The position numbers and the translations under genes were made by a program. Below the pieces are notes generated by a model. That model made no database searches. It had not been told where the DNA came from and saw only the letters and a program-made list of their open reading frames with translations. 64,000 nt of DNA from Candidatus Hodarchaeota archaeon (GTDB lineage: Archaea; Asgardarchaeota; Lokiarchaeia; Sigyniarchaeales; SOKP01). The DNA lies in the NCBI GenBank assembly GCA_048886685.1, contig JBHLKM010000003.1:64001-128000 (forward strand), given 5' to 3'. The first letter of the stretch is position 1. Every line of letters starts with the position of its first letter. Shown in pieces: positions 18,200-27,951 of this stretch.

Positions 18200-19051
18200 T
18201 TGTTTAAAAATATGAAAACAAAAGTATATGTAATAAAAAGAAAATCTGATGAAACGACGCAAAACGTTGTTTTACGAGTCCTCAAATCGATCCCCTTAAG
18301 GGATATTATTACTAGCTCGGAAAAAAAAATATTAATAAATCCAAATTGGGTAACTTCAGATCATTTTAGTACTGGAAATGTGACCTCGACTGATACTTTA
18401 GAAGGAATTGTTGATTATCTTATTTACGAATCTAAAATAAACCCAGAAAAAATAATCATTGCAGATGGAGGATCTTTTGGAACATCAGAAAGATTCTTTA
18501 AATTAAATGAAGTTTATCGGTTAGAAGACTATGGAATCAAAATTATGAATTTAAATAATGATGAGATTGTAAATGAGATTGAAATACCAAATCCTTTATC
18601 TTTAAAAAGAGTAAACATTGCCAAAACGGCACTAGACGCGAGCTGCATCATATCTGTACCCTCATTAAAGACACATAATATGGCTATAACGACATTAAGT
18701 ATGAAGAACATGATGGGAACGATTTATCCGAAAAGTATTATGCACTCTAATTTACACAAAAAGATAGCCGATTTAGTATCTGTGTTGCGTTCTAAAATGA
18801 AATTTCAAATAATCGATGGAATAATTGGTTCAAATGGATGGGAACTAGGAGGACAACCTATTCAAATGGATTTAATTATTGCTGGAGAAGATCCTGTTGC
18901 TGTTGACCGAGTTGGCAGTGAGATTATCGGCTTTGGGTTAAATAAAGTAAAATACTTAAAATTTGGGATGGAAAAGAACCTTGGAACAGCAAATTTTGAA
19001 GATATTGAAATCATTGGAAAACCAATAAGCGAAGTATCTTACAAATTTTAG
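18200..19051 (+). CDS. DUF362 domain protein
   Basis: ILINPN, IADG, SVPSLKTH...TLSMKN.MG, IIDGIIG..G, DPVAVD. Confidence 0.85.
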   Translation: MFKNMKTKVYVIKRKSDETTQNVVLRVLKSIPLRDIITSSEKKILINPNWVTSDHFSTGNVTSTDTLEGIVDYLIYESKINPEKIIIADGGSFGTSERFFKLNEVYRLEDYGIKIMNLNNDEIVNEIEIPNPLSLKRVNIAKTALDASCIISVPSLKTHNMAITTLSMKNMMGTIYPKSIMHSNLHKKIADLVSVLRSKMKFQIIDGIIGSNGWELGGQPIQMDLIIAGEDPVAVDRVGSEIIGFGLNKVKYLKFGMEKNLGTANFEDIEIIGKPISEVSYKF

Positions 19052-19159
19052 TGTTATCCAATAATCCTAAAGAATTATTATCTTATCTCTTCTTTATTCA
19101 AACTATTTATTATTTATCTGATTTATAATCACAATTTAAAAAATTAATTTATACTCACA

Positions 19160-20209
19160 ATGAAAGTTGTTGATTTAAGATCTGATACAGTTACCAAACC
19201 ATCACCGGAAATGTGGGAAATCGTTAAATCAATGGACAATTCTAAACTTGGAGATGATGTTCTCGGAGAAGATCCTACTGTTAATGAACTAGAAAACAAA
19301 GCAGCAAAAGTTATTGGAAAAGAAGCATCTTTATTAGTAACCTCAGGTACTCAAGGAAATCTCGTTTCACTTCTCTCACAAACTAATCCTGGGGATGAAA
19401 TCCTATTAGAAGAACAATGTCATATTATTGGACATGAAGTTGGGAGTGCTGCACGTATTGGAGGTTTGATGATTAATACTTTTTCTTCGGATAGAGGAAC
19501 TCCATCGATCGAGCAACTTCAAGATTTAATTCGGAATAAAGAAGATATACATGAGCCAGCAACCACATTAATATGTGCAGAAGATACACACAATTTTCAT
19601 GGTGGTGCGATAGTGAAACCAGAAATCCTGAGAGATTTGAATGATTTTGCTAGGAAAAATGGATTGAAATTTCATTTAGATGGTGCCAGAGTTTTTAATG
19701 CTGCTGTAGCATCAAATCTACCTGTAATCGAATTTACTAAGCATGTGGATAGTATAATGTTCTGCTTATCAAAAGGTCTATCATGTCCAGTAGGATCCAT
19801 TGTTGCTGGCTCTAAAGAATTTATTTCAAAAGCTAGGAAATTTCGCAAAATGGTTGGAGGAGGAATGCGCCAAGCAGGAATAATCGCATCCTTTGGTTTA
19901 GTAGCACTTGAACCAAAATGGATTAGAAGATTGGAAGAAGATCATAAAAATGCTAAAACCCTCGCCGACGGTTTAGAATCTTTTGACTTACCTATTAAAG
20001 TTAACATACCTGATACAAATATAGTTATCATGGAGTTCCTAAATAAGATTAGGATATTTAAAGTTATTACAGAGTTAGGGAAAGAAGGTGTCTTAGCATT
20101 TAATATTAGTAAAGATAAAATTCGTTTCGTTACTCATTATGAGATTCAAGAAAATGACATTGAATTTAGTATAGAAATAATTGGGAAAGTTTTACAAAGA
20201 TTTACCTAA
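19160..20209 (+). CDS. ltaE: Low-specificity L-threonine aldolase
   Basis: DLRSDTVT.P, GDDV.GEDPTV, SGTQGN, HLDGAR.FNA, CLSKGL (PLP Lys), GGGMRQAG. Confidence 0.93.
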   Translation: MKVVDLRSDTVTKPSPEMWEIVKSMDNSKLGDDVLGEDPTVNELENKAAKVIGKEASLLVTSGTQGNLVSLLSQTNPGDEILLEEQCHIIGHEVGSAARIGGLMINTFSSDRGTPSIEQLQDLIRNKEDIHEPATTLICAEDTHNFHGGAIVKPEILRDLNDFARKNGLKFHLDGARVFNAAVASNLPVIEFTKHVDSIMFCLSKGLSCPVGSIVAGSKEFISKARKFRKMVGGGMRQAGIIASFGLVALEPKWIRRLEEDHKNAKTLADGLESFDLPIKVNIPDTNIVIMEFLNKIRIFKVITELGKEGVLAFNISKDKIRFVTHYEIQENDIEFSIEIIGKVLQRFT

Positions 20210-20247
20210 AATTTAGAATTATATCATAAAAAAGGGAAAAAAAGATA

Positions 20248-20778
20248 TTAATCTTCACTTACATCTAAGTCTTTTGAGTCATCTTCAATTAAATCATAAT
20301 ATTCTATATCCTTTAAATTACCATTTGTGGATTCTGCCCAATGTACTTTAATTGGCATTCCAATATACGTATTTTTAAAATCTATATCTGGCTGTAATTC
20401 TGCCATATAATTGGTGTTGCAATTATCTTGTTGTACCATTACTACTGGTTTTTCAAGCACATCTCCCGTTTCTGGATCTTTTAAATATACTATTGTATAT
20501 GTAGAAACTTGACCTGTATCTCTTAAATCAACCCACTGATCCGGCTTAACAAGACATTTTCCACATACAAATCGAGGAGGAAAAAAGACTCTATTACATG
20601 CAGAACATTTATTAGCCACCAATTTTTTATCTTTTAGCTTTTTTAAGAATGGCTGATGATGTGTAATGTTGAATTTGTACTGATAACTTGATAAATACCA
20701 ATTACCTGGCATTGTACGGGTTTCTACATGATCTTTTTTAACATAATCCAATGATTTTCTTAAAGTTCTCTTTGACAT
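20248..20778 (-). CDS. DUF35 Zn-ribbon/OB-fold protein
   Basis: CSAC..VFFPPR.VCGKC; G.VSTYT. Confidence 0.9.
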   Translation of the reverse strand: MSKRTLRKSLDYVKKDHVETRTMPGNWYLSSYQYKFNITHHQPFLKKLKDKKLVANKCSACNRVFFPPRFVCGKCLVKPDQWVDLRDTGQVSTYTIVYLKDPETGDVLEKPVVMVQQDNCNTNYMAELQPDIDFKNTYIGMPIKVHWAESTNGNLKDIEYYDLIEDDSKDLDVSED

Positions 20779-20785
20779 CTTATTT

Positions 20786-22033
20786 TTACCTCCATTTTCT
20801 TTGTTGTTGATCAGATAAAACCATCATAGTACATAGATTAAGCATACCACCCCATCCATGCCCAATTGCTGTATGTACTGTTTTAGGTACTTGATTACTT
20901 GCTTTTCCCATAATTTGGAGTGCTGCCACAGCAGGTCGTTCCAATGCTGATGCTCCAATAGCATTAGTTGCATTAACTCCTCCAGAACAGCAAATTGGTA
21001 ATTCGCCATTTAAAGAGGTTACTCCATTCTTATACATCTGTGGTGCAGTATTTTCTTCAAATAATCCCAGTTTTTCAACCCACATTAGTTCTTGATTCGG
21101 AAATGGAGAATATACTTCTGCATAATCAATCTCTTTTCTTGGAAAAGAAATTCCAGCTTGATTGTAAGCCATTTCTGATGATATCATAGCACCTAACTGT
21201 TCTGAAGGATCCAATTGTGCTGATCCATTTCCATCATAACCTATAACTACGGATTCATGTGCTACACTGGATACTCCATTTACATATACAGGAATATCAC
21301 ATAAATCTTTAGCTTTTTCTTCTGTTGTAAATAATACTGCACATGCACCATCTGATGCGGGACAAACCATACCATATCTTAAAGGATAAGATATATAAGG
21401 TGTGTCTAATACCTCTTCTATCGTTAAATTTGGCATTTTTAAATGACTCCACCAAGTTTTTGCTGCATTTCTTCTATTCTGTACTACAACTCTAGCCAAA
21501 TCTTCCTCTCTAATTTTTGATTTATTCATATAATTTGCTGCTTGATAAGATGCAAGACCAATTGCTCCACCAGCAGACATTATTCTAGTTAAATATTCAT
21601 AGGGAAGACCTAAAGTATTTAAAACAGAAATTTCTCCTAAGGCAACACTTGATAATCCAATACTCGTATCACCTTGAGATTGTTGTTCAAAGGCTACAGC
21701 TAGGACCGTGTCAATCCCAGGTAAGCCAGCAGCAACAGAATAATAACCAGCAATACCAACAGAACCACCTGTTGTACCACCTGTTGTGACTCTAAGTAAT
21801 GGCTTATTTCTTGCCCCCAACCAATCTGTCATCCATAATTCAGGAAGATTAGCTCCTTCGAATGCTGGCATATTACCATTTACATAAGCATCAATATCCT
21901 TAATAGAGAGAGAAGGAACTTTCTTTAAACAGTCGTTTACAGCTTCATTGACTAATTCTGCCATATTTACATCAGAGCGTTTTGAAGCATGTTCACTAAA
22001 ACCAGCTGAAATAATTGCTACTTGTCTTCCCAC
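20786..22033 (-). CDS. Thiolase-family protein, Ltp3-like (no nucleophilic Cys)
   Basis: KPLLRVTTGGTTGG, CPASDGACA, AEVYSPF, SGGV...NAIGA. Probable GTG start at 22033, 6 nt after GGAGGTG (ORF track 22042). Confidence 0.88.
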   Translation of the reverse strand: MGRQVAIISAGFSEHASKRSDVNMAELVNEAVNDCLKKVPSLSIKDIDAYVNGNMPAFEGANLPELWMTDWLGARNKPLLRVTTGGTTGGSVGIAGYYSVAAGLPGIDTVLAVAFEQQSQGDTSIGLSSVALGEISVLNTLGLPYEYLTRIMSAGGAIGLASYQAANYMNKSKIREEDLARVVVQNRRNAAKTWWSHLKMPNLTIEEVLDTPYISYPLRYGMVCPASDGACAVLFTTEEKAKDLCDIPVYVNGVSSVAHESVVIGYDGNGSAQLDPSEQLGAMISSEMAYNQAGISFPRKEIDYAEVYSPFPNQELMWVEKLGLFEENTAPQMYKNGVTSLNGELPICCSGGVNATNAIGASALERPAVAALQIMGKASNQVPKTVHTAIGHGWGGMLNLCTMMVLSDQQQRKWR

Positions 22034-22034
22034 T

Positions 22035-23177
22035 TTAATCACCTCCCTCTAATACATACACTATATTATTCTGAGCACACATCCCTATTTGACCTGATGC
22101 AACTGCTTTCTTAGCTCCTTTGACTTGATAACCATTAGCTTCACCTTTTAGTTGTTTTGCAGCTTCAATAATTCTTATTAAACCTGTTGCACATGGTGGA
22201 TTGCCTCCCAAAGCTCCACCAGAAGGATTTATTGGAAGATCACCATTAATATCTGAACGTAAATCTGATCCTTTACCTTTTTCAGCCAATCCTAAAGCTT
22301 CAGTAAATATTAATTCTTCATGAGCATAAGCTTCAAATAACTCAGCAACATTAATTTCATTTACTGGATCTTTTATACCGGCAGCCTCAAACGCCATCTT
22401 ACCTGCTGATGCCATAGAATTACTTGTGGATAAATCCCTATCTCCTAAATAATATGTTTCTTGATTGTATCCTACCCCAATAATCCATACAGGATTATCC
22501 GTAATTTTTAAGGCTTGTTTTTCAGGAGCTAATAACAATGCTGCAACTCCATCACAAGGTAGGGCAACCATTAACTCCCTTACCGGATCAGCATAAATAT
22601 CTGACTCTAATACATCATTGACGGATAAATTAGCATTCTGGGCTTCTTTTAACGCCAAAGGATTTTTTGAAGCATTTCTTCTATTTTTAACAGCTACTTC
22701 CGCTATATCTTCAATATTTACATTATATTTTTCCATATATGCTCTCATCTGGAAACCTGCTGCTGTAATATCATTAACATACGAAGCAGGTCTTTCCCAA
22801 GTTGGATCAGTTTCATATAGACGAGTACTATGATAAGGAAAGCATGATGCCATACTCCCACCCCAAATAACCGCTAACTTATGATTACCTGATAAAATTC
22901 TCATCAGTCCATATAAAACAGCATGAGCACCATCCATTTCTACTTTACTTTCATCTTCTAGATATGCGCCCCCTACTTCTACAGTAAAAGCATTTGAAAT
23001 TGTCCTTCCATCATAATAATCATTTGTACAAGACACAACCGTTGTAATATCTTTCTTTTTTAATCCAGCATTGTCAAGAGCACCTCGTACAGCTTCAAAA
23101 ATCATTTCATACCGCCCATAATTCGCATCTGAATACAATTTAACTTGATTATAACCAACAATTCCTACTTTTTCCAT
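22035..23177 (-). CDS. Thiolase-family protein, Ltp4-like (no nucleophilic Cys)
   Basis: NDYYDGR, ESKVEMDGAHA, AELF...HEE, INPSGGAL. Probable ATG at 23177 (ORF track 23189). Confidence 0.88.
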   Translation of the reverse strand: MEKVGIVGYNQVKLYSDANYGRYEMIFEAVRGALDNAGLKKKDITTVVSCTNDYYDGRTISNAFTVEVGGAYLEDESKVEMDGAHAVLYGLMRILSGNHKLAVIWGGSMASCFPYHSTRLYETDPTWERPASYVNDITAAGFQMRAYMEKYNVNIEDIAEVAVKNRRNASKNPLALKEAQNANLSVNDVLESDIYADPVRELMVALPCDGVAALLLAPEKQALKITDNPVWIIGVGYNQETYYLGDRDLSTSNSMASAGKMAFEAAGIKDPVNEINVAELFEAYAHEELIFTEALGLAEKGKGSDLRSDINGDLPINPSGGALGGNPPCATGLIRIIEAAKQLKGEANGYQVKGAKKAVASGQIGMCAQNNIVYVLEGGD

Positions 23178-23192
23178 CTTTTTTATCACCTT

Positions 23193-23654
23193 TCACATTT
23201 TAACAAATCCTTTAATATCAGCAGGGTTTCCTGCTGGTTTTTCTTCCCATTCAGCCTTAACTTTCATCCCAAGTGATATTTCTTCTGGTTTCATTTCCAA
23301 AAGTCGGTATATCAAAGCTGTATCACTCCCCTCAATTTGTATCATTCCAATTGTTTGAGGCTTTTTGACTTTTCTACTCCCTCTGTCATTAACTCTATAA
23401 TGCGTTATCGTATAATTTAATAGAGTACCTGTATCTGGTAAGTTCACCCAATTTTTATCAAAAGCGATTTCTTCATAACATTCTCCGCATATTTTTCTTG
23501 GTGGGACGAAAACTTTGTCACATTTAGGACATTTATTACCTATAATTTTCTTACCTTCAAATGCATTGTAAAACTTGTCCATATAACGTCCAACCCAAAA
23601 GGAGAATTCTGCTCTCACAAAACCTTTATTAGCAACTATTATTTTTTCGCTCAT
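23193..23654 (-). CDS. DUF35 Zn-ribbon/OB-fold protein
   Basis: CPKC.KVFVPPRKICGEC. Probable start MSEKII at 23654 (ORF track 23711). Confidence 0.9.
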   Translation of the reverse strand: MSEKIIVANKGFVRAEFSFWVGRYMDKFYNAFEGKKIIGNKCPKCDKVFVPPRKICGECYEEIAFDKNWVNLPDTGTLLNYTITHYRVNDRGSRKVKKPQTIGMIQIEGSDTALIYRLLEMKPEEISLGMKVKAEWEEKPAGNPADIKGFVKM

Positions 23655-23752
23655 AATTTGAATTCCTCTTTTTATTTTTGAGATTTGAATATGATTACTA
23701 TTATGATTCACATCTTTATAACATTAATTTGAAAAAAGAAAAAGAAAAAAAA

Positions 23753-24628
23753 TTATCTTTTATATTTGAGCATAAACTCAATTAGGTCCATGTTTTTCCT
23801 GAAAACCTTTAAATGATTCTTTGTAAGATTTTCAGCTGCTAATTCTTTAAGTTCCGTTAATTCAAACTCTTTTTCGCCAATTTTTTTACTTAAAATTGGG
23901 AGAAAATCACATATAGCATGTATTTCTAACACTCTACCGTTATATTTCTTCAAGGCTAAATCACTAGCAAGAAATAGATATGCTGGTGAAATGAACTCGG
24001 GTGGGACTGTCTTATCCATATGTTGGCCCCAATTTCTTAAATCATCAGCCATTTTAGTTTCTACTCCTGCAGGCGTAAGAACGTTAACATTAATATTGTA
24101 AGGTTTTAATTCTATACTTAAGGATCTCCCCATCGCAGATACAGCTGCTTTTGAACTCGCGTATGCTACTTTTTTTTGCGCAAAATATACATTACCCATA
24201 ACTGAAGATGTCATAACAATACTTCCGCTCTTTTGCTCTATCATTTTAGGTAAAACCTCTTTAATCAAGGCAAAATAACTCAAGATGTTGAGATTAAATA
24301 ATTTTTGCGCATATTCAATAGGAGTATCAACTACAGAAGAAACATGAGTCATCCCTGCATTATTAATTAATATGTTAATTGTATCAAAGGCTTCAAAATA
24401 TTGTTTTGCACAGGTCCTTACTCCATCTAGAGTTGATAAATCTACAGCTATAGCAATTCCCTTAACTCCAAATTTCTCAATTTCTTGAACAGTATTATCT
24501 AATTGTTCTTTAGTTCGAGCAGATACAGCTACATTTGCCCCATTATTGGCAAGATCAAGAGCTACCTCTCTACCAATACCTCGTCCACCTCCAGTCACTA
24601 AAGCGTTCTTACCTTCGAGCAATTTCAT
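23753..24628 (-). CDS. Short-chain dehydrogenase/reductase (SDR)
   Basis: TGGGRGIG, NNAG, YASSK. Start at 24628 or 24640. Confidence 0.93.
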   Translation of the reverse strand: MKLLEGKNALVTGGGRGIGREVALDLANNGANVAVSARTKEQLDNTVQEIEKFGVKGIAIAVDLSTLDGVRTCAKQYFEAFDTINILINNAGMTHVSSVVDTPIEYAQKLFNLNILSYFALIKEVLPKMIEQKSGSIVMTSSVMGNVYFAQKKVAYASSKAAVSAMGRSLSIELKPYNINVNVLTPAGVETKMADDLRNWGQHMDKTVPPEFISPAYLFLASDLALKKYNGRVLEIHAICDFLPILSKKIGEKEFELTELKELAAENLTKNHLKVFRKNMDLIEFMLKYKR

Positions 24629-24802
24629 AAATGTTCTCACTTTTAGATTAATTCATGTAAAAATAAATAGATTATACTTATTGTTGTACCCTTGTTAAAA
24701 AATTTTTTTTTAGTTCCCAAATTTCTCTTTCTTTGAGATAAATTTTAGTAAAAAACATTATTTAAAAAATATATAACATGATAAAGAAGAAGTGACTTCA
24801 TA

Positions 24803-25678
24803 ATGGTAGAAGAATTATCAAATAAATTAGTGATAAGTGCTGCTTTAGCAGGATCTTGGCCTTCAAAACAACAAAATCCTGCTATTCCGTATACTCCTCA
24901 AGAGTTTGGAGTTGAGGCTAAAAAATGTTTGGATGCAGGCGCATCAACAGTTCATATCCACGCAAGAGATCCTGAAACAGGATACCCTACATCTGAATTA
25001 GAAAAGATTAAAGCTATCATAGATAATATAAACGAACAAGCTCCAGAAATCATAATTAATATAACTACCTCAGTAGGAAGTACGCTCGAGCAGAGAATTG
25101 CTCCTACTCAGTCATTTAAACCAGCAATATCTTCATTAAATACAAATTCAATGAACTTCAGTATGGGTAATTATAAAACTGGTGAAATTATTGCAAACGC
25201 TGATGGGGTATTTAGAAATACGTTTTATATAATCCAGAACCTTGCTAAAGCAATGAAAGAAGCTAAGACAAAACCAGAACTAGAAGTATATGACTTTGGA
25301 GGTATGTATAATATACTATTTCTCGATAAACAAGAAGGATTATTTGAACATCCTCTTCATTTTCAGTTTGTATTTGGAACATTGGGAGGAGTTCCTTTTT
25401 CATTTCAGAATCTAGCAGGTTTTCTCAATTTAATGCCCTCTGGATGTTCATGGAGTGTATGTGGAGTTGCAAAAGATCAATTTAGGGCAGGCTTATGTGC
25501 AGCAGCAATGGGAGGACACATCCGAGTAGGTTTAGAAGATAATATTCGTGTACCAGATGGTCGTCTAGCAAAAGGTTCATGGGAACAAGTAGAATGGGCT
25601 GCAAAAGTGGCAAAACTAGCAGGAAGAGAAGTAGCAACTCCAGACGAGGCACGTAAAATCTTTAATCTGCTACAATAA
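24803..25678 (+). CDS. Beta-keto acid cleavage enzyme (BKACE / Kce, DUF849)
   Basis: VHIHARDP, PELEVYD.G, GGHIRVGLEDN, GREVATPDEAR. Confidence 0.92.
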   Translation: MVEELSNKLVISAALAGSWPSKQQNPAIPYTPQEFGVEAKKCLDAGASTVHIHARDPETGYPTSELEKIKAIIDNINEQAPEIIINITTSVGSTLEQRIAPTQSFKPAISSLNTNSMNFSMGNYKTGEIIANADGVFRNTFYIIQNLAKAMKEAKTKPELEVYDFGGMYNILFLDKQEGLFEHPLHFQFVFGTLGGVPFSFQNLAGFLNLMPSGCSWSVCGVAKDQFRAGLCAAAMGGHIRVGLEDNIRVPDGRLAKGSWEQVEWAAKVAKLAGREVATPDEARKIFNLLQ

Positions 25679-25749
25679 GCTGTAATAAATAATTTAACTA
25701 ATTATTACTTTTTATGTTAGTAAAAAAGAATAAAAAAAAGAATTAGTTA

Positions 25750-26229
25750 TTAAATTTCTTCAAAGTACAAAATATCTTTTATTGTTCCTTCTCGCTTATC
25801 TTTTGATTTTAAAACTGCTTTGACTTTTACTCCTGTGAAGTCCTTTTTAACATCATTTGACGCAATTATCCCTAACATTACACTATCAGTTCCATCGATA
25901 TCAATTAAAGCCATTACTTTAGGATTAGCCAATTTTTTGCCATGTGCGTTGAGTTTTGCTACGGTGTATAATTTTACCTCCCCTACTGGTGGTACTTCCT
26001 TCCAATTATTATCAGGAATCTCTTCAAAACAATCTTCACAATATAAACGAGGTGGGCAATATACTTTGACGCACTTCGCACATTTGCAAACTAAAAATGT
26101 ATCATTTTTCATAAGATGTTTGAAAAATCTATCACCAGCAACTCCACTTGGATAAAAATAATCTGCTTGCATATCCCCGCGCCAATGCATGGGAGACGTT
26201 GGATCGGTTTGCTTTTCTAAGAATCCCAT
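25750..26229 (-). CDS. DUF35 Zn-ribbon/OB-fold protein
   Basis: CAKC..VYCPPRLYCEDC. Confidence 0.9.
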   Translation of the reverse strand: MGFLEKQTDPTSPMHWRGDMQADYFYPSGVAGDRFFKHLMKNDTFLVCKCAKCVKVYCPPRLYCEDCFEEIPDNNWKEVPPVGEVKLYTVAKLNAHGKKLANPKVMALIDIDGTDSVMLGIIASNDVKKDFTGVKVKAVLKSKDKREGTIKDILYFEEI

Positions 26230-26768
26230 TAGGATTCACCTCCTTTTAAGGGTTTGAAATATTTAATATCTGTAATAGATCCTTCCCTTTCATTTTCCGG
26301 CTTCCAAACTGCTTTTACTTTCATTCCGATCCTAATCTCGTCTTTTGTCATTTCTCCGAAATAATGCATAAATCCATGATGTGGGGGTGTTCCGTCAAGA
26401 TCAACAACTCCAACAAGAATAGGTTCTTCTATTCTCCTTGCATCGGGATCTAGATACGAGATTGAGAAGGTTTCAATAATTCCTGTATCTGGTAACTCAA
26501 CCCATTCTTCAGTGGGACCATAACAATATTCACAAAACATCCTTGGTGGCACAATGATTCGTTTACAGCTTTTACAATGAATTCCAAAAATCTTTCCTTC
26601 TTTTAATCCTTGAAGGAATTTGCTCATTGCTTGACCCAAAGACCAACTATATTGTACTTCTGGCTCCCACCAAGTATATGTGATTTTTTTATCTCGAATG
26701 TCACTTTCTCTCACGTAAGTGCCAGGAGCATGTGGTGGCCATTCTTTATACTTTTTTTTCTCTACCAT
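26229..26768 (-). CDS. DUF35 Zn-ribbon/OB-fold protein
   Basis: CKSC.RIIVPPRMFCEYC; GMKVKAVW..EREGSITDI.YF. Confidence 0.92.
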   Translation of the reverse strand: MVEKKKYKEWPPHAPGTYVRESDIRDKKITYTWWEPEVQYSWSLGQAMSKFLQGLKEGKIFGIHCKSCKRIIVPPRMFCEYCYGPTEEWVELPDTGIIETFSISYLDPDARRIEEPILVGVVDLDGTPPHHGFMHYFGEMTKDEIRIGMKVKAVWKPENEREGSITDIKYFKPLKGGES

Positions 26769-26772
26769 TTTT

Positions 26773-27936
26773 TTATCCCCTCCGTAGAATCATTACAGTG
26801 CCCATCTGCATGATATCGCCCCAAGCTTGCCCAATTCCCATTCTTGGGTCGCCTGGGATTTGCCTTTTCCCTGCCATTCCTTTTAATTGCCAATATAGTT
26901 CACAAACCTTTTGTCCCATTGTTGCCGCTATTGGATTCCCTACTCCTAATAAACCTCCAGAAGGACATACAGGAAGGTCGCCATCTCTCTGAGTTACTCC
27001 CTCTCTTGTGAGAATAGGTGCCTCTCCTTTTTTACATAGTAAAAGGCCTTCTAAATGATGTAATTCCTTATAAGAAAATGGATCATAAGGTTCAGCAAAA
27101 TCAATTTCTTTGCGAGGATTCTTTATTCCTGCCATTTTATAAGCCATCTTAGCGGCTTGAGCTACATATTGAGGAAAATATAAATCTCTATTAGTCCACA
27201 TCGTACTATCAATACTCCATCCTGTTCCAGCAACATATATAGGATCATCAGTGAATCTATATACAATATCTTTATTACAAAAGATTAACGCGGCAGCACC
27301 ATCACTTGGTGGACTAACATCTAATCTATTAACAGGCCAAGCCATAATTTCAGAGTTTAAAACATCTTCCACTGTGATATTAGGATCTGCTAATTGAGCA
27401 CATGGATGACCCACGGCATTTCTTTTATTCTTCACTGAAACCAAAGCGATGTCTTCTTTCTTAATTCCATGAACCGTCATGTAACGATTCATTTCCATAG
27501 CAAATAACCATACTAGATTAGGTGTAAGAGGTCTATCTAAGATTGGATCCCATATATGTCTAAAGGCGGTTTGTGGATGGGGATAAACATTTCCCATTTT
27601 TTCTTCACATACCACAAGACAGATATCAGCGACCCCTGAAGCCACATGCCACCATCCAGCAATTGGTGCAAATACTCCGGTTCCACCGCCATTAAAAACT
27701 CTCACATATGGTTTCCCTACGGCTGCAGCTCCATCCAATAGATTTTCTCCTTTCATATGTATACCATCAAAAGCATCAGGAGCACTCCCCATAACTACCA
27801 TATCAATATCATCTTTCTCTATACCAGCATCTTCCATTGCCATTTTTGTAGCTAAATATGAAAGTTCTTTTCCTGTTTCTAATAAATGTCTACGAAAAAG
27901 TGTCATACCTCCACCAATAACTGCTACTTCTTTCAT
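26773..27936 (-). CDS. Thiolase-family protein (SCPx/Ltp-type, no nucleophilic Cys)
   Basis: GSAPDAFDG, RVFNGGGTG, SVKNKRNA, AEPYDPF, PSGGLLGVGNP. Confidence 0.92.
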   Translation of the reverse strand: MKEVAVIGGGMTLFRRHLLETGKELSYLATKMAMEDAGIEKDDIDMVVMGSAPDAFDGIHMKGENLLDGAAAVGKPYVRVFNGGGTGVFAPIAGWWHVASGVADICLVVCEEKMGNVYPHPQTAFRHIWDPILDRPLTPNLVWLFAMEMNRYMTVHGIKKEDIALVSVKNKRNAVGHPCAQLADPNITVEDVLNSEIMAWPVNRLDVSPPSDGAAALIFCNKDIVYRFTDDPIYVAGTGWSIDSTMWTNRDLYFPQYVAQAAKMAYKMAGIKNPRKEIDFAEPYDPFSYKELHHLEGLLLCKKGEAPILTREGVTQRDGDLPVCPSGGLLGVGNPIAATMGQKVCELYWQLKGMAGKRQIPGDPRMGIGQAWGDIMQMGTVMILRRG

Positions 27937-27951
27937 TTTTTTTCCACCTCC